Positions 1 to 7,568 of a stretch of DNA of 28,849 bases are shown here, one piece after another. Origin of the DNA: a virus (lineage: Duplodnaviria; Caudoviricetes); IMG/VR virus record IMGVR_UViG_3300048860_000016, positions 1 to 28,849 of that record; one strand, 5' to 3'. Each line of letters starts with the position of its first letter. Position 1 is the first letter of the stretch. The notes beneath the pieces were generated by a model. The model saw nothing but the letters and a program-made list of their open reading frames with translations. It searched no databases and had not been told where the DNA came from. Both the position numbers and the translations under genes were made by a program.

Positions 1-849
1 CTCGGTGTCCTCGTCCTCATCACCAGAGACGCCGCGCTGCCGGAACGCCTGGAACTTCGTCAGCACGATCCGCTGAAGCGTGGTGTCGATGATCCGGTCC
101 AGCACGTCGATGTGGGCCTCGTACTCACCGAGCCCGTCGGCGTTCTCGAACCGCACCACCGGGATGCCCCCCAACGCCGCCGGGACCCGCACCGCCTCAC
201 CGGCCTCGTCCTGAAGTTTCCACTCGCCGCTGTTGGCGTCCCTGCGCCACGTGAATTTCCGGCCTGGCAGGAACAGGTGCGCGAGCTCCGCCTCTTCGAT
301 CTCGTCCCATTCCTTGACCAGCGCGGCGCTGAGCCGGATCGGGTTCGTCTTGTCCGCAATACCGACGCAGCGCCGCGGATCGATCGCGTGCACGGTCGGG
401 TTACCGCCCGGCGCCGACGCCGGCACCACCATCGCGAACGACTCGCGCATCGTGAACTTGAACGCCTGCAACTGCTTGAACTGCGTCGCGAAGCCTGACT
501 CCTCCATGATCTCGGCGGCGACATCGTCTCCGTTGGAGGTCCGGTCCGCGCTCGTCGACACCGCCTGCAGCTCCATACGATCGAGCATCGCCTTGACGCA
601 CATCGGCGCGTAGTTGCAGCGCGCCTTCCGGATGATGTCGCGGAACACGTCCTCGTACTCGTCGGCGACCTGCGGCAGCGGCGCATCACCCACGTAGTAC
701 GACCACAGAAGGTCCAACTGCTGGTTGCGGGAGCGGTGCTCGAGCGGGCGACTCGCCTTGTCCGACCAGTTGAAGGCGCTGACGGCAGTGAACCGCTTGT
801 TGAGCAGATCGAACCACTCCTGCGGAGTACTTGGCGCCAACGCGTTCAC
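1..849 (-). CDS. Phage portal protein (SPP1 Gp6-like), 5' part; runs off the window
   Basis: Not in ORF track; manual translation from GTG 849 (GTGA overlap with terL stop): MNALAPSTPQEWFDLL...WSYYVGDAPLP...KARCNYAPMCV...GGIPVVRFENADGLGEYEAHIDVLDRI...QAFRQR, typical actinophage portal motifs; directly after terL. Confidence 0.92.
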   Translation of the reverse strand, partial: MNALAPSTPQEWFDLLNKRFTAVSAFNWSDKASRPLEHRSRNQQLDLLWSYYVGDAPLPQVADEYEDVFRDIIRKARCNYAPMCVKAMLDRMELQAVSTSADRTSNGDDVAAEIMEESGFATQFKQLQAFKFTMRESFAMVVPASAPGGNPTVHAIDPRRCVGIADKTNPIRLSAALVKEWDEIEEAELAHLFLPGRKFTWRRDANSGEWKLQDEAGEAVRVPAALGGIPVVRFENADGLGEYEAHIDVLDRIIDTTLQRIVLTKFQAFRQRGVSGDEDEDTE

Positions 850-2495
850 CTCACCTTCACCACTCGCCGTCGAGTTCGCGGCAGATACTTCATCGCATCC
901 ATCCGCGCCTGCCACGACAAGATCGCGGCCATACACAGGTCGAACTTGCGGTCCTTGTGCAGCTTCCCGAGGATCCACAGCAGCTGGCCGGTCTCCGGAT
1001 CCACCCGCTTCAGGAAGTGCTTCCCCGCGTTGCCGACATGCCGCACCAGGTCGCCGTCGTCGTCCTCGTTGTGCGACAACATCCCCGACGCCAGACCGTC
1101 CTGGTACGCGCCGATCGCCTTGATCATGCGTTCCTGCTTGTTCGTCCAGAACTCCTGCACGATCGGCCGCTTCGTCACCTTCGAGTCGCCGTATCGCGCC
1201 GACCAGTCACCAACCGTCGAGTTCCAGTACGGCGGATCGGCGTACATCAGCAGCACGCGATACGCGCGGAACGCCTCACGCACCGCGGCGTCGACCTCGG
1301 TCTCCGACACTTCCCAGTCGTCCGGGGCGTTCAGCGGCCTCTCCGCCAGGAACAGGGTCTGCTGCATCCCGGTCCGGACGTCGGTGAGCACCAGCCCAGT
1401 CGAATCCCGGAACCGGGCGCCGTCGAACCCGATCGTGACGTACGAGCGCGGCGGGATCAGCTCACCGGGCAGACCCAGCGCCTTGAACCGCTTCACGTTG
1501 AACGCCGACGCGCCCTGCTGGGTCCACCGGTTCGTCCACACCCGCTCGAGGTAGCTCTTATCAGCTTTCGGGCTGTCCCACTGCGACGCGATGTCCTCAA
1601 GGTCGGTGCGCGCCGCCAACTCCGGACCCGAGGCCTCCCGGATCGCCTCGACCCGGTCCTCGAACTTCTCCAGATCCCAGCCGTCGCCGGCCTGGCGGTG
1701 GAAGTAGAACAGGCGGGGCCGCGCGATCTCGCCGCGCAGGATCGCCTCGGCCTCGAAGTGGTCGTCCTCGGCCTGCGAGTTCTGCCCCGGCTCGCCGGCC
1801 GTCGTCGTCGACAGCGACCACGGGTCCTGCGCCGCCCGCTTGCCGAGGTTCGCCTCCATCGTCTGGATCGCGGCCTTGTGGTTCGGCAGATACAGGCGGT
1901 GGGTCTCGTCGTAGCCCTGGAACGTCGTGCGGCCGCCGTCATTCGAGTTCGGCGCGTTCGCCAGCGCGACAGCCTTGCCGTCGGCCTTGCCGTTCGCCCC
2001 GATCCGCAGGATCCGGTCCAGCGCCGCGTCGAACAGGTCCGCGTCGGCGCACTCCTCGCAGATGACCTTCAGCGCGCCGTACGCCAGCTCCTCGACCTGG
2101 TCCTTCGTGTTGGCCAGCAGCGGAATGTACGGATCGACCACCGGCCGTCCCGGCGCCAGCCCGCACGGCGCGTCGTCGTCGAAGCCGTTGAACCGGACCG
2201 GAGCTTCCGGGTGCAGCTCCGCGAACGCCACCAGGGCCATGAACTCGGTCTTCGCCGAGCCCTTCCGCCACGACACCGCGCCCCGTTTGAACCGGCGCTT
2301 CCCGGCCCGCGCGTGATCCGCCGGCCAGACCTCGTACAGCCGGTACAGCACGTACCGCCAGTCCTCAGCCAGCGTGATCGGCTGCCCCTTGACGTCACCC
2401 GGGCCGTGACACGCGCGCTCCTCGAGGAAGTCGCACATCTGGTCCCCGAGTGTCGGGAACAGCTCCCCCGTCTCCGGCGGGACGATCAGCTCCAC
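846..2495 (-). CDS. terL: Terminase large subunit
   Basis: 549 aa; Walker A-like RKGSAKT, Walker B FQGYDE, coupling motif TTTAG, nuclease GFDG...D and C-terminal KFD; lies between terS and portal. Confidence 0.95.
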   Translation of the reverse strand: MELIVPPETGELFPTLGDQMCDFLEERACHGPGDVKGQPITLAEDWRYVLYRLYEVWPADHARAGKRRFKRGAVSWRKGSAKTEFMALVAFAELHPEAPVRFNGFDDDAPCGLAPGRPVVDPYIPLLANTKDQVEELAYGALKVICEECADADLFDAALDRILRIGANGKADGKAVALANAPNSNDGGRTTFQGYDETHRLYLPNHKAAIQTMEANLGKRAAQDPWSLSTTTAGEPGQNSQAEDDHFEAEAILRGEIARPRLFYFHRQAGDGWDLEKFEDRVEAIREASGPELAARTDLEDIASQWDSPKADKSYLERVWTNRWTQQGASAFNVKRFKALGLPGELIPPRSYVTIGFDGARFRDSTGLVLTDVRTGMQQTLFLAERPLNAPDDWEVSETEVDAAVREAFRAYRVLLMYADPPYWNSTVGDWSARYGDSKVTKRPIVQEFWTNKQERMIKAIGAYQDGLASGMLSHNEDDDGDLVRHVGNAGKHFLKRVDPETGQLLWILGKLHKDRKFDLCMAAILSWQARMDAMKYLPRTRRRVVKVR

Positions 2496-2501
2496 GAGGA
2501 G

Positions 2502-2975
2502 CTACACAGCGCGCAGGTTCGCCCGCGCAGTCCGAGGATCCGGCTTCGCGGCCGTCTTCTTCGCCGCCGGCGCCTTCGTGGCGCCGCGGCGCGACGCCGT
2601 CGCCTGAGCCGCCGCCTCACCGCGATCGATCTCCCACTGCAACGACCGCCGCGACATCGGCGTCAGGCCGCACTGCGTCAGGATCATCCGCACCTCGCCG
2701 GCCAGACCCTTGCACACGTTCGGTGAGGTCTCCGGATCCCAGAACTGCTGCATCAGCTTCGCCGCCAGGTACAGCCCGTCCACGTCCGACTCGGTCCACT
2801 CCGGCACCATCGGCGAGGACCACGCCCGCTTCCACCAATCCCGCACCTGCGGGTACCAGCGCGTCCCCGTTGGCAGCTTCGGGATCCGCGGATTCGACTG
2901 CGGCTTCAATGTCGCCCGCGTGGTCGTCTTATTTCGACGAGCCCGCAGCGACGGATCTTTCGCGGAAGGTGGCAT
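2502..2975 (-). CDS. terS: Terminase small subunit
   Basis: 157 aa; R-R-N-K N-terminus, WW...W.SP and E.R...GLTP..RR.L.W motifs of actinophage terS; AGGAG SD; immediately upstream of terL. Confidence 0.88.
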   Translation of the reverse strand: MPPSAKDPSLRARRNKTTTRATLKPQSNPRIPKLPTGTRWYPQVRDWWKRAWSSPMVPEWTESDVDGLYLAAKLMQQFWDPETSPNVCKGLAGEVRMILTQCGLTPMSRRSLQWEIDRGEAAAQATASRRGATKAPAAKKTAAKPDPRTARANLRAV

Positions 2976-2982
2976 GGCCGGC

Positions 2983-3016
2983 TCCTATGTCAGGAAAGGT
3001 GTCCCCCCTGTCGGGG
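2983..3016 (-). promoter_or_regulatory. Two tandem mini-hairpins with GACA(G/T) loops in the terS leader
   Basis: Minus strand CCCC-GACAG-GGGG (3016-3004) and TCCT-GACAT-AGGA (2995-2983); the second contains the terS SD. Confidence 0.45.
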
Positions 3017-3019
3017 AAG

Positions 3020-3748
3020 TCAGACGATGGCCAACTGCTCGCCACCACCGCGGTCACCCTTCACTGAGTTACACAGGAAGCACGCCGTCGCAGTGTTCGC
3101 GCGAGTGTGTTCGCCACCCTCAGCGAGAGGGATCAGGTGATCAAGCGTCGGCGCCAGCGGATGTGGAACCACCACATCACGGCGGCATTTCCTCCGGCAG
3201 ATGTGGCACCTGTTGCGGTCCCGGTCGAAGATTTCAGCAGACGAGAACACCTCGACAGTGCCCGTCCTCTTGCGCGCTCGACGGCGCTGGTCGCAACCGA
3301 GCCGCGCTGCCTTGTACTCCGGCGTCCGCTTCCGATTCTCATACGATGCCTTTGCACCGCAGCGAGTCGAGCAGTATCGGCGCCGCTTGTGGTTGTGCGC
3401 GTATTGAGCTCCGCATACGACACATGACGACACGTATCCCAGTCGGCGAGTTCCCGGCTCGGCTGGATTCGTACCGCGGGATTCACGCCGTTTCGCGAGC
3501 TGCGCGGCGTAACGGCCGTCATCCTTCTGCCGCTGGTGATTGAACGCGGATCGGCACTTCGCCGAGCAGTACCGCTGGTCCATCTTGTACGGCAAGAAGG
3601 CGCACTTGCAGTGCCCGCACTGCACAGCGTCGCGCGAGTCGCGATCTACGCGTCGGTGCCGGTGATAGCAGTGGCTTGAGCACCATACTCGATCCTGTCG
3701 AGTTAACTCGAAGCTGTCGCCGCATCCGCGGCATTTGCGAATATGCAT
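3020..3748 (-). CDS. HNH endonuclease with repeated N-terminal zinc-finger motifs
   Basis: Three CxxC...(W/Y)CSxxC repeats, then RD..RCHIC...TLDHLIPLAEGGEHTRANTATACFLCNSVKG HNH domain; ATG 3748 preferred over 3796. Confidence 0.9.
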   Translation of the reverse strand: MHIRKCRGCGDSFELTRQDRVWCSSHCYHRHRRVDRDSRDAVQCGHCKCAFLPYKMDQRYCSAKCRSAFNHQRQKDDGRYAAQLAKRRESRGTNPAEPGTRRLGYVSSCVVCGAQYAHNHKRRRYCSTRCGAKASYENRKRTPEYKAARLGCDQRRRARKRTGTVEVFSSAEIFDRDRNRCHICRRKCRRDVVVPHPLAPTLDHLIPLAEGGEHTRANTATACFLCNSVKGDRGGGEQLAIV

Positions 3749-3788
3749 GCGCAACAGCCCTTTTCGCGACTCGGCCGAAGTGGGGGTT

Positions 3789-3862
3789 CCGTACACGGCG
3801 GAATGACCAGTGCGTTGCGGCAGGGCGGTGACCCCCGGGGAGGGGGTGGACCCCCTGGGGTC
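3789..3862. other. Probable packaging/cos region with GC-rich inverted repeats
   Basis: Non-coding gap downstream of the packaging HNH; AGGGGG-TGGA-CCCCCT (3841-3856) nested in GACCCC/GGGGTC (3830-3862) and CCGT-AC-ACGG (3789-3798). Position is the usual one for cos in HNH-terS phages; exact cut site not determinable. Confidence 0.4.
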
Positions 3863-3879
3863 GGCGGCGTTTCCGCAGG

Positions 3880-4236
3880 TCAGGGGCGTTTTCGGTCGGC
3901 GGTCCGCGCCTTATGCCCGTTGCATTCGGCGCAGGCGGCCTGGAGATTGTCCGGGTCGAGGGCGCGGTCGGGTCGTCGGGCGGCGGGGTCGCGTTTGTCG
4001 ACGGTGGTGGCGCGGCCGGTGCAGATGCCGGGGTATCGGAGTCGGCATTCGTAGCCGTCGCGGGCGAGGATGTCGGGTGCGGTCTGCTGCCATGCCCAGC
4101 TGCTGGTGATGCGGCTTGAGGCGGTGCGTTCGCCGGCCCAGGCTTTGGTGTGGGTGGGGCAGTAGCGGGCGCTGCCGGTGATTAGTTCGGCGCACTGGCC
4201 GTGGTCGCCTGGGCATCGTCGTGGTGCTCGTGGCAT
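3880..4236 (-). CDS. Packaging-associated HNH endonuclease
   Basis: From ATG 4236: MPRAPRRCP...C...YCPTH, ILARDGYEC.....C...ATTVD, NLQAACAECNGHK; GAGG SD; first gene after the putative late promoter. Confidence 0.88.
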   Translation of the reverse strand: MPRAPRRCPGDHGQCAELITGSARYCPTHTKAWAGERTASSRITSSWAWQQTAPDILARDGYECRLRYPGICTGRATTVDKRDPAARRPDRALDPDNLQAACAECNGHKARTADRKRP

Positions 4237-4261
4237 GGTTGGCGCCTCTCGGTGGGCGCAT

Positions 4262-4295
4262 GAAAAAGCCGCTGGCCCGGATGTAGGCACAGCGG
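4262..4295 (-). terminator. Intrinsic terminator-like hairpin in the late leader
   Basis: Minus strand CCGCTG-N15-CAGCGG followed by CTTTTTC, about 10 nt downstream of a TACAGT -10 hexamer. Confidence 0.5.
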
Positions 4296-4305
4296 TGCTA
4301 GCTGC

Positions 4306-4322
4306 ACTGTACGACATGTCGT
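4306..4322 (-). promoter_or_regulatory. Putative late promoter -10 (TACAGT) with adjacent 12-bp palindrome
   Basis: TACAGT on minus strand at 4311-4306 (TANNNT consensus); perfect palindrome ACGACATGTCGT at 4311-4322; no good -35. Confidence 0.45.
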
Positions 4323-4359
4323 GGGGGCTGTCACTCATCTGGGGCGGCCGCGTCACTAG

Positions 4360-4394
4360 TAACGCTTGCCGTTAATAACGGGTTGCGTTATCAT
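4360..4394 (+). promoter_or_regulatory. higBA SigA-type promoter overlapped by two tandem palindromic operators
   Basis: -35 TTGCCG (4366-4371), 17-nt spacer, -10 TATCAT (4389-4394), GTG 6 nt later (leaderless); TAACG-N5-CGTTA at 4360-4374 and 4376-4390. Confidence 0.8.
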
Positions 4395-4400
4395 AAGCTG

Positions 4401-4682
4401 GTGATCCGGTCCTTCAACGACAAGAACGCCGAGGCGGTGTGGAACCGTCGCAACGTTAAGGCGTTGGGTCCGGAGATCAGCCGTGCTGGCTACAAGAAGC
4501 TGCTGATCCTCGATGCCGCTGCTGACATCAACGATCTGCGGGTGCCTCCCGGGAACCGGCTGGAGAAGTTGGTCGGCGATCGTGAGGGCCAGTACAGCAT
4601 CCGTATCAACGGTCAGTATCGCCTCTGCTTCACCTGGAAGGACGGAGGAGCTGATGGCGTTGAAATCGTCGATTACCACTGA
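4401..4682 (+). CDS. higB: HigB/RelE-family toxin (plasmid maintenance killer type)
   Basis: MIRSF...DLRVPPGNRLEKLVGDREGQYSIRINGQYRLCFTW...VEIVDYH is the classic HigB signature; GTG 4401. Confidence 0.95.
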   Translation: MIRSFNDKNAEAVWNRRNVKALGPEISRAGYKKLLILDAAADINDLRVPPGNRLEKLVGDREGQYSIRINGQYRLCFTWKDGGADGVEIVDYH

Positions 4683-4771
4683 GCGACCACCCCACCATGA
4701 CCCCCACACCACGCACCCACACCTCAACTCACCTCACCCACACGCCTGCACCCAGCCCAAAAGGGAACCTC

Positions 4772-5314
4772 ATGACTGCGCCCGACTTTGCACCAATTCA
4801 CCCAGGAGAGATCCTCGAGACTGAGTTTCTAGAGCCACTGGACATCTCCCAGTACCGCATCGCCAAGGCTATTGGCGTGTCGCCTCGTCGTATCAACGAG
4901 ATCGTTCAGGGCAAGCGCGGCATCACCGCGGACACTGGTTTGCGGCTGTCCCGGGCACTCGGTCTGTCCGACATGTTCTGGATCAACCTGCAGGCACGGT
5001 ATGACGCCGAGTTGGCACAGGACCAGCTCGCGGCGACTCTCATGCACATTGCCCCCATCCTCGCGACCCAGCATGTGAAGGACGCTGCGCCGACGGGCGG
5101 AGAGTGCAAGCACATACGCGTCTCGGTCAGCGACATTCATGGCAATCGCAAGACCGTAACGAAGAGGGTCACAAAGGTGGCTGGCGAACGGCGGATGGCT
5201 CCTGCGGCTTCTTTGCGTAAGAGCACGTCGCCCATCAAGAACCCATCGGGCACAGCTGCGTCTAAGCACCCATCTAGTAATGCGCGGAGGCGGAATCCTC
5301 CCTCAACCAGTTGA
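4772..5314 (+). CDS. higA: HigA/VapI-family antitoxin with long basic C-terminal extension
   Basis: PIHPGEILETEFLEPL.ISQYRIAKAIGVSPRRINEIVQGKRGITADTGLRL...FWINLQARYD; ATG 4772 with AAGGGA SD; about 80 extra residues after the family domain. Confidence 0.92.
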   Translation: MTAPDFAPIHPGEILETEFLEPLDISQYRIAKAIGVSPRRINEIVQGKRGITADTGLRLSRALGLSDMFWINLQARYDAELAQDQLAATLMHIAPILATQHVKDAAPTGGECKHIRVSVSDIHGNRKTVTKRVTKVAGERRMAPAASLRKSTSPIKNPSGTAASKHPSSNARRRNPPSTS

Positions 5315-5701
5315 GCTGGCCCTTCGCGACTTAGCACGTCTCCGTGCGAGGTCGTTGAGGTCGCCGATGTTGTAGATGGGTGTGCCGTCGCCGCGGTGGT
5401 CGACGCGGATGAGGCCGCGTTGAGCCCACTTCCGGACAGTCCCGGGTGCGACGTCGGCGTACATGGCGGCGTCGGCTGCAGTGACCCAGTCATCAGGATC
5501 TGCTGGTGCCGTGCGCGGCACCGGCCAATGGACGCCGTAAGAGTGCCAGTGCATGTCGAGCCGGTGCAGGTCGCCGGCTGGGTCGTCGCAGCGGCCTTGC
5601 GTGATGCGCAGGATGAGGTCTCGGTAGGAGCGGCCGACGCGTTTGATGCGGTCTTCGCGTGAGTCTTCAGGCCAGGGCCACGGGAGTGTGTTGGTCGTCA
5701 T
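5303..5701 (-). CDS. HTH DNA-binding protein (MerR/excisionase-like), last gene of early operon
   Basis: C-terminal WVTAADAA...VAPGTVRKWAQRGLI...YNIGDL; ATGA-coupled; position typical of a late-gene regulator. Confidence 0.75.
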   Translation of the reverse strand: MTTNTLPWPWPEDSREDRIKRVGRSYRDLILRITQGRCDDPAGDLHRLDMHWHSYGVHWPVPRTAPADPDDWVTAADAAMYADVAPGTVRKWAQRGLIRVDHRGDGTPIYNIGDLNDLARRRAKSRRASSTG

Positions 5702-6585
5702 CGCGTGCGTCTCCCCCGTCGCTGGTGCTGCCGAGTTGCGGTGCTCGTCCGTCGGTCGGGATTGGCGCTTCGGGGTGATGAGGGGCCGTGCCGTTGATCG
5801 TCAACTGCCCATGCCGTGAAGTCGAAGCCTGGTCGTTCGGGTGTCGGATAGTTGGGCGCGGTGAACTCGGCCCAGTGGTCTCGGACGGCGGCGGGCAGCG
5901 GGGCGACGGGATCGCCTGGCAGCCAGAGACCAGCTCGCATCCAGCAGGTGCCTGGAACGTGCTGCATCTCGCAGCGCCACCACTGCTTACCGAACTGGAC
6001 GTCGATCGGTGGAGGGTCGGCGTGAGCCGATGGTGTCGGCAATGTCGGCCGCCCTTCGTACATCACCCAGCGTGGATAGATCAGCCGGGCGTCGGCGGAC
6101 CGGAACGTGATGGTCTGGAACCAGGGCGACGGATCGAACGTGTCGGCGGGTAGGGTCCATTCGATACGGGCCATTGCCATGAGGCTTCGTGTCATCGCCT
6201 CGGCTTGTTCCCGCCAGCGACGCATGTTTTCCTGCATCGCCTCTGTGTCGATGACCATTCGGAAGACGACGTCGCCGTGGCGGAGCAGGGCAGCGGTGAC
6301 GGGCGTGTGAGCGCCTCGTGGTGCGGGCATGGGCCCGATGAAGTCGGACCCTGGGCAGATGACTTCGGTGTTGTCGCGGTCCAGGCTGTATGTCTCGTCG
6401 TATTCGCCGAGGGCGTACATGTCGGCGATGCGTTGGGTAATGGGTAGGCCGTGCCAGTGGCGGCCGCAGTGCCAGCAGCGCGGGTATGTGGGGTCGCCGT
6501 AGTTGTATCCGGTGCGAGGTTCGCCGCCGGAGAGCTGTTCGTCGACGAGTTCGTCGATGCGGTCGATGATGTCGGCGTCGGTCAC
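5698..6585 (-). CDS. Hypothetical phage protein with N-terminal CxxC motif
   Basis: GTG 6585 with GAGGA SD and GTGA overlap; DIIDRIDELVDEQL...CWHCGRHWHG. Confidence 0.75.
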   Translation of the reverse strand: MTDADIIDRIDELVDEQLSGGEPRTGYNYGDPTYPRCWHCGRHWHGLPITQRIADMYALGEYDETYSLDRDNTEVICPGSDFIGPMPAPRGAHTPVTAALLRHGDVVFRMVIDTEAMQENMRRWREQAEAMTRSLMAMARIEWTLPADTFDPSPWFQTITFRSADARLIYPRWVMYEGRPTLPTPSAHADPPPIDVQFGKQWWRCEMQHVPGTCWMRAGLWLPGDPVAPLPAAVRDHWAEFTAPNYPTPERPGFDFTAWAVDDQRHGPSSPRSANPDRRTSTATRQHQRRGRRTR

Positions 6586-6845
6586 GGGTGTGTCCTCTGG
6601 CTGGTGAGGTGGAAGTGGTCGATGCAGGGGTAGGCGTAGAGGATTCGGCCGGCTTCTCGCCATTGTTTTTCGGCGGCGGATTCGGCGGCTTTGCGGGATC
6701 GGTAGCGGACTTTGGTGGGTGTGCGGCATTGGGCGCGGGGTAGGTCTCGGAGTGCTCGGTCGAGGAATCTGGAGTGGACGCGTGTGCGGAGGCTGCGGTT
6801 CGCTTGCGCGACTCCGCCGCGTGGTTTGGCGCGTCGTCCGGTCAT
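6582..6845 (-). CDS. Small basic hypothetical phage protein (C...K..Y.S...A...Y.C..H.HLT)
   Basis: ATG 6845, TGATG-coupled to upstream micro-ORF; Cys/His pattern common in actinophages. Confidence 0.7.
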   Translation of the reverse strand: MTGRRAKPRGGVAQANRSLRTRVHSRFLDRALRDLPRAQCRTPTKVRYRSRKAAESAAEKQWREAGRILYAYPCIDHFHLTSQRTHP

Positions 6846-6988
6846 CAGGGCGCCGGGGTGCCGCATTCGGGGCAGATGGTGGGGGTGCCGGTCCAAGATG
6901 CGCGGCAGGAGCGGCAGACGTGTCGGCGCTCTGGTGGCGCGCTGAGTTGCCAGTCGACCAGGTCGTCGATGTCGTCGCGCTCGATCAC
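6845..6988 (-). CDS. 47-aa zinc-ribbon microprotein
   Basis: Manual translation MIERDDIDDLVDWQLSAPPERRHVCRSCRASWTGTPTICPECGTPAP; GTGA overlap upstream, TGATG downstream. Confidence 0.7.
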   Translation of the reverse strand: MIERDDIDDLVDWQLSAPPERRHVCRSCRASWTGTPTICPECGTPAP

Positions 6989-7188
6989 CAGTCACACCCT
7001 CCGGCGTGGATGAGGTGGCAGTCGGGGCAGTTGCGTTCGTTTCGCCCGGGCGCTTGGGGGTCGGGTGGTGTGGCGTCGCAGGTGACGTGGATGAGTTGGT
7101 CGTCGTCGTAGTGGACGGTGTCGCCGGGGTTGATGGTGTCGCCGTTGGCGCAGCGGCTGGTGAACTTCGCCGCGAACTGCGCGCTCAC
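6985..7188 (-). CDS. 67-aa Cys/His-rich hypothetical protein
   Basis: GGAGG SD, GTGA overlaps at both ends; AKF.SRC...I.PGD...H..C and CPDCHLIHAGGC. Confidence 0.75.
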   Translation of the reverse strand: MSAQFAAKFTSRCANGDTINPGDTVHYDDDQLIHVTCDATPPDPQAPGRNERNCPDCHLIHAGGCDW

Positions 7189-7568
7189 AGCTTTCCTCCG
7201 GTCCGGCGTCGCCGTGATCGGCGCTCCCTGATGGCGAATCCGATTGCGCGTCCGGCGTTCAACGCTTGGTCGGGTAGATAGCTCTTGAGCTTGTGCGGGT
7301 CCAGGATCTGCTGGTGTGGATCAACTCCCCTGGATGGCCTTCCGCCGATAGCGTCGAGTGCGGCCGGGCAGACACCTTCGAGCACGCCGTGTAGCAGTCC
7401 GGCGTACTTGGCGAGCATGGCGACATCCGCCCGCGCGATGTTGAGGTCGCGCGAGAGTTCGTCCGCCCGATCGGCGGCGGCGTACGACCTGGCCCAACCG
7501 GCGCGTCGAGATGCCTCAAGTCCGTTCACTGACTTCGCCAGAGACGCGATGGTATCGACATCACTCAT
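7185..7568 (-). CDS. Hypothetical phage protein (N-terminal coiled coil)
   Basis: ATG 7568 in ATGA overlap, GGAG SD; 127 aa. Confidence 0.7.
   Translation of the reverse strand: MSDVDTIASLAKSVNGLEASRRAGWARSYAAADRADELSRDLNIARADVAMLAKYAGLLHGVLEGVCPAALDAIGGRPSRGVDPHQQILDPHKLKSYLPDQALNAGRAIGFAIRERRSRRRRTGGKL

Noticed and set aside
60-689. 209-aa Arg-rich minus-strand ORF from the track
   Set aside because: Wrong frame; the portal frame (1-849) is the real gene and is missing from the track only because it has no stop in the window.
831-2726. 631-aa plus-strand ORF and similar long shadow ORFs (e.g. 10807-11742, 15870-16964, 17090-18184, 27800-28510)
   Set aside because: In-register antisense shadows of clear genes; expected in high-GC DNA; no SD/coupling or motifs.
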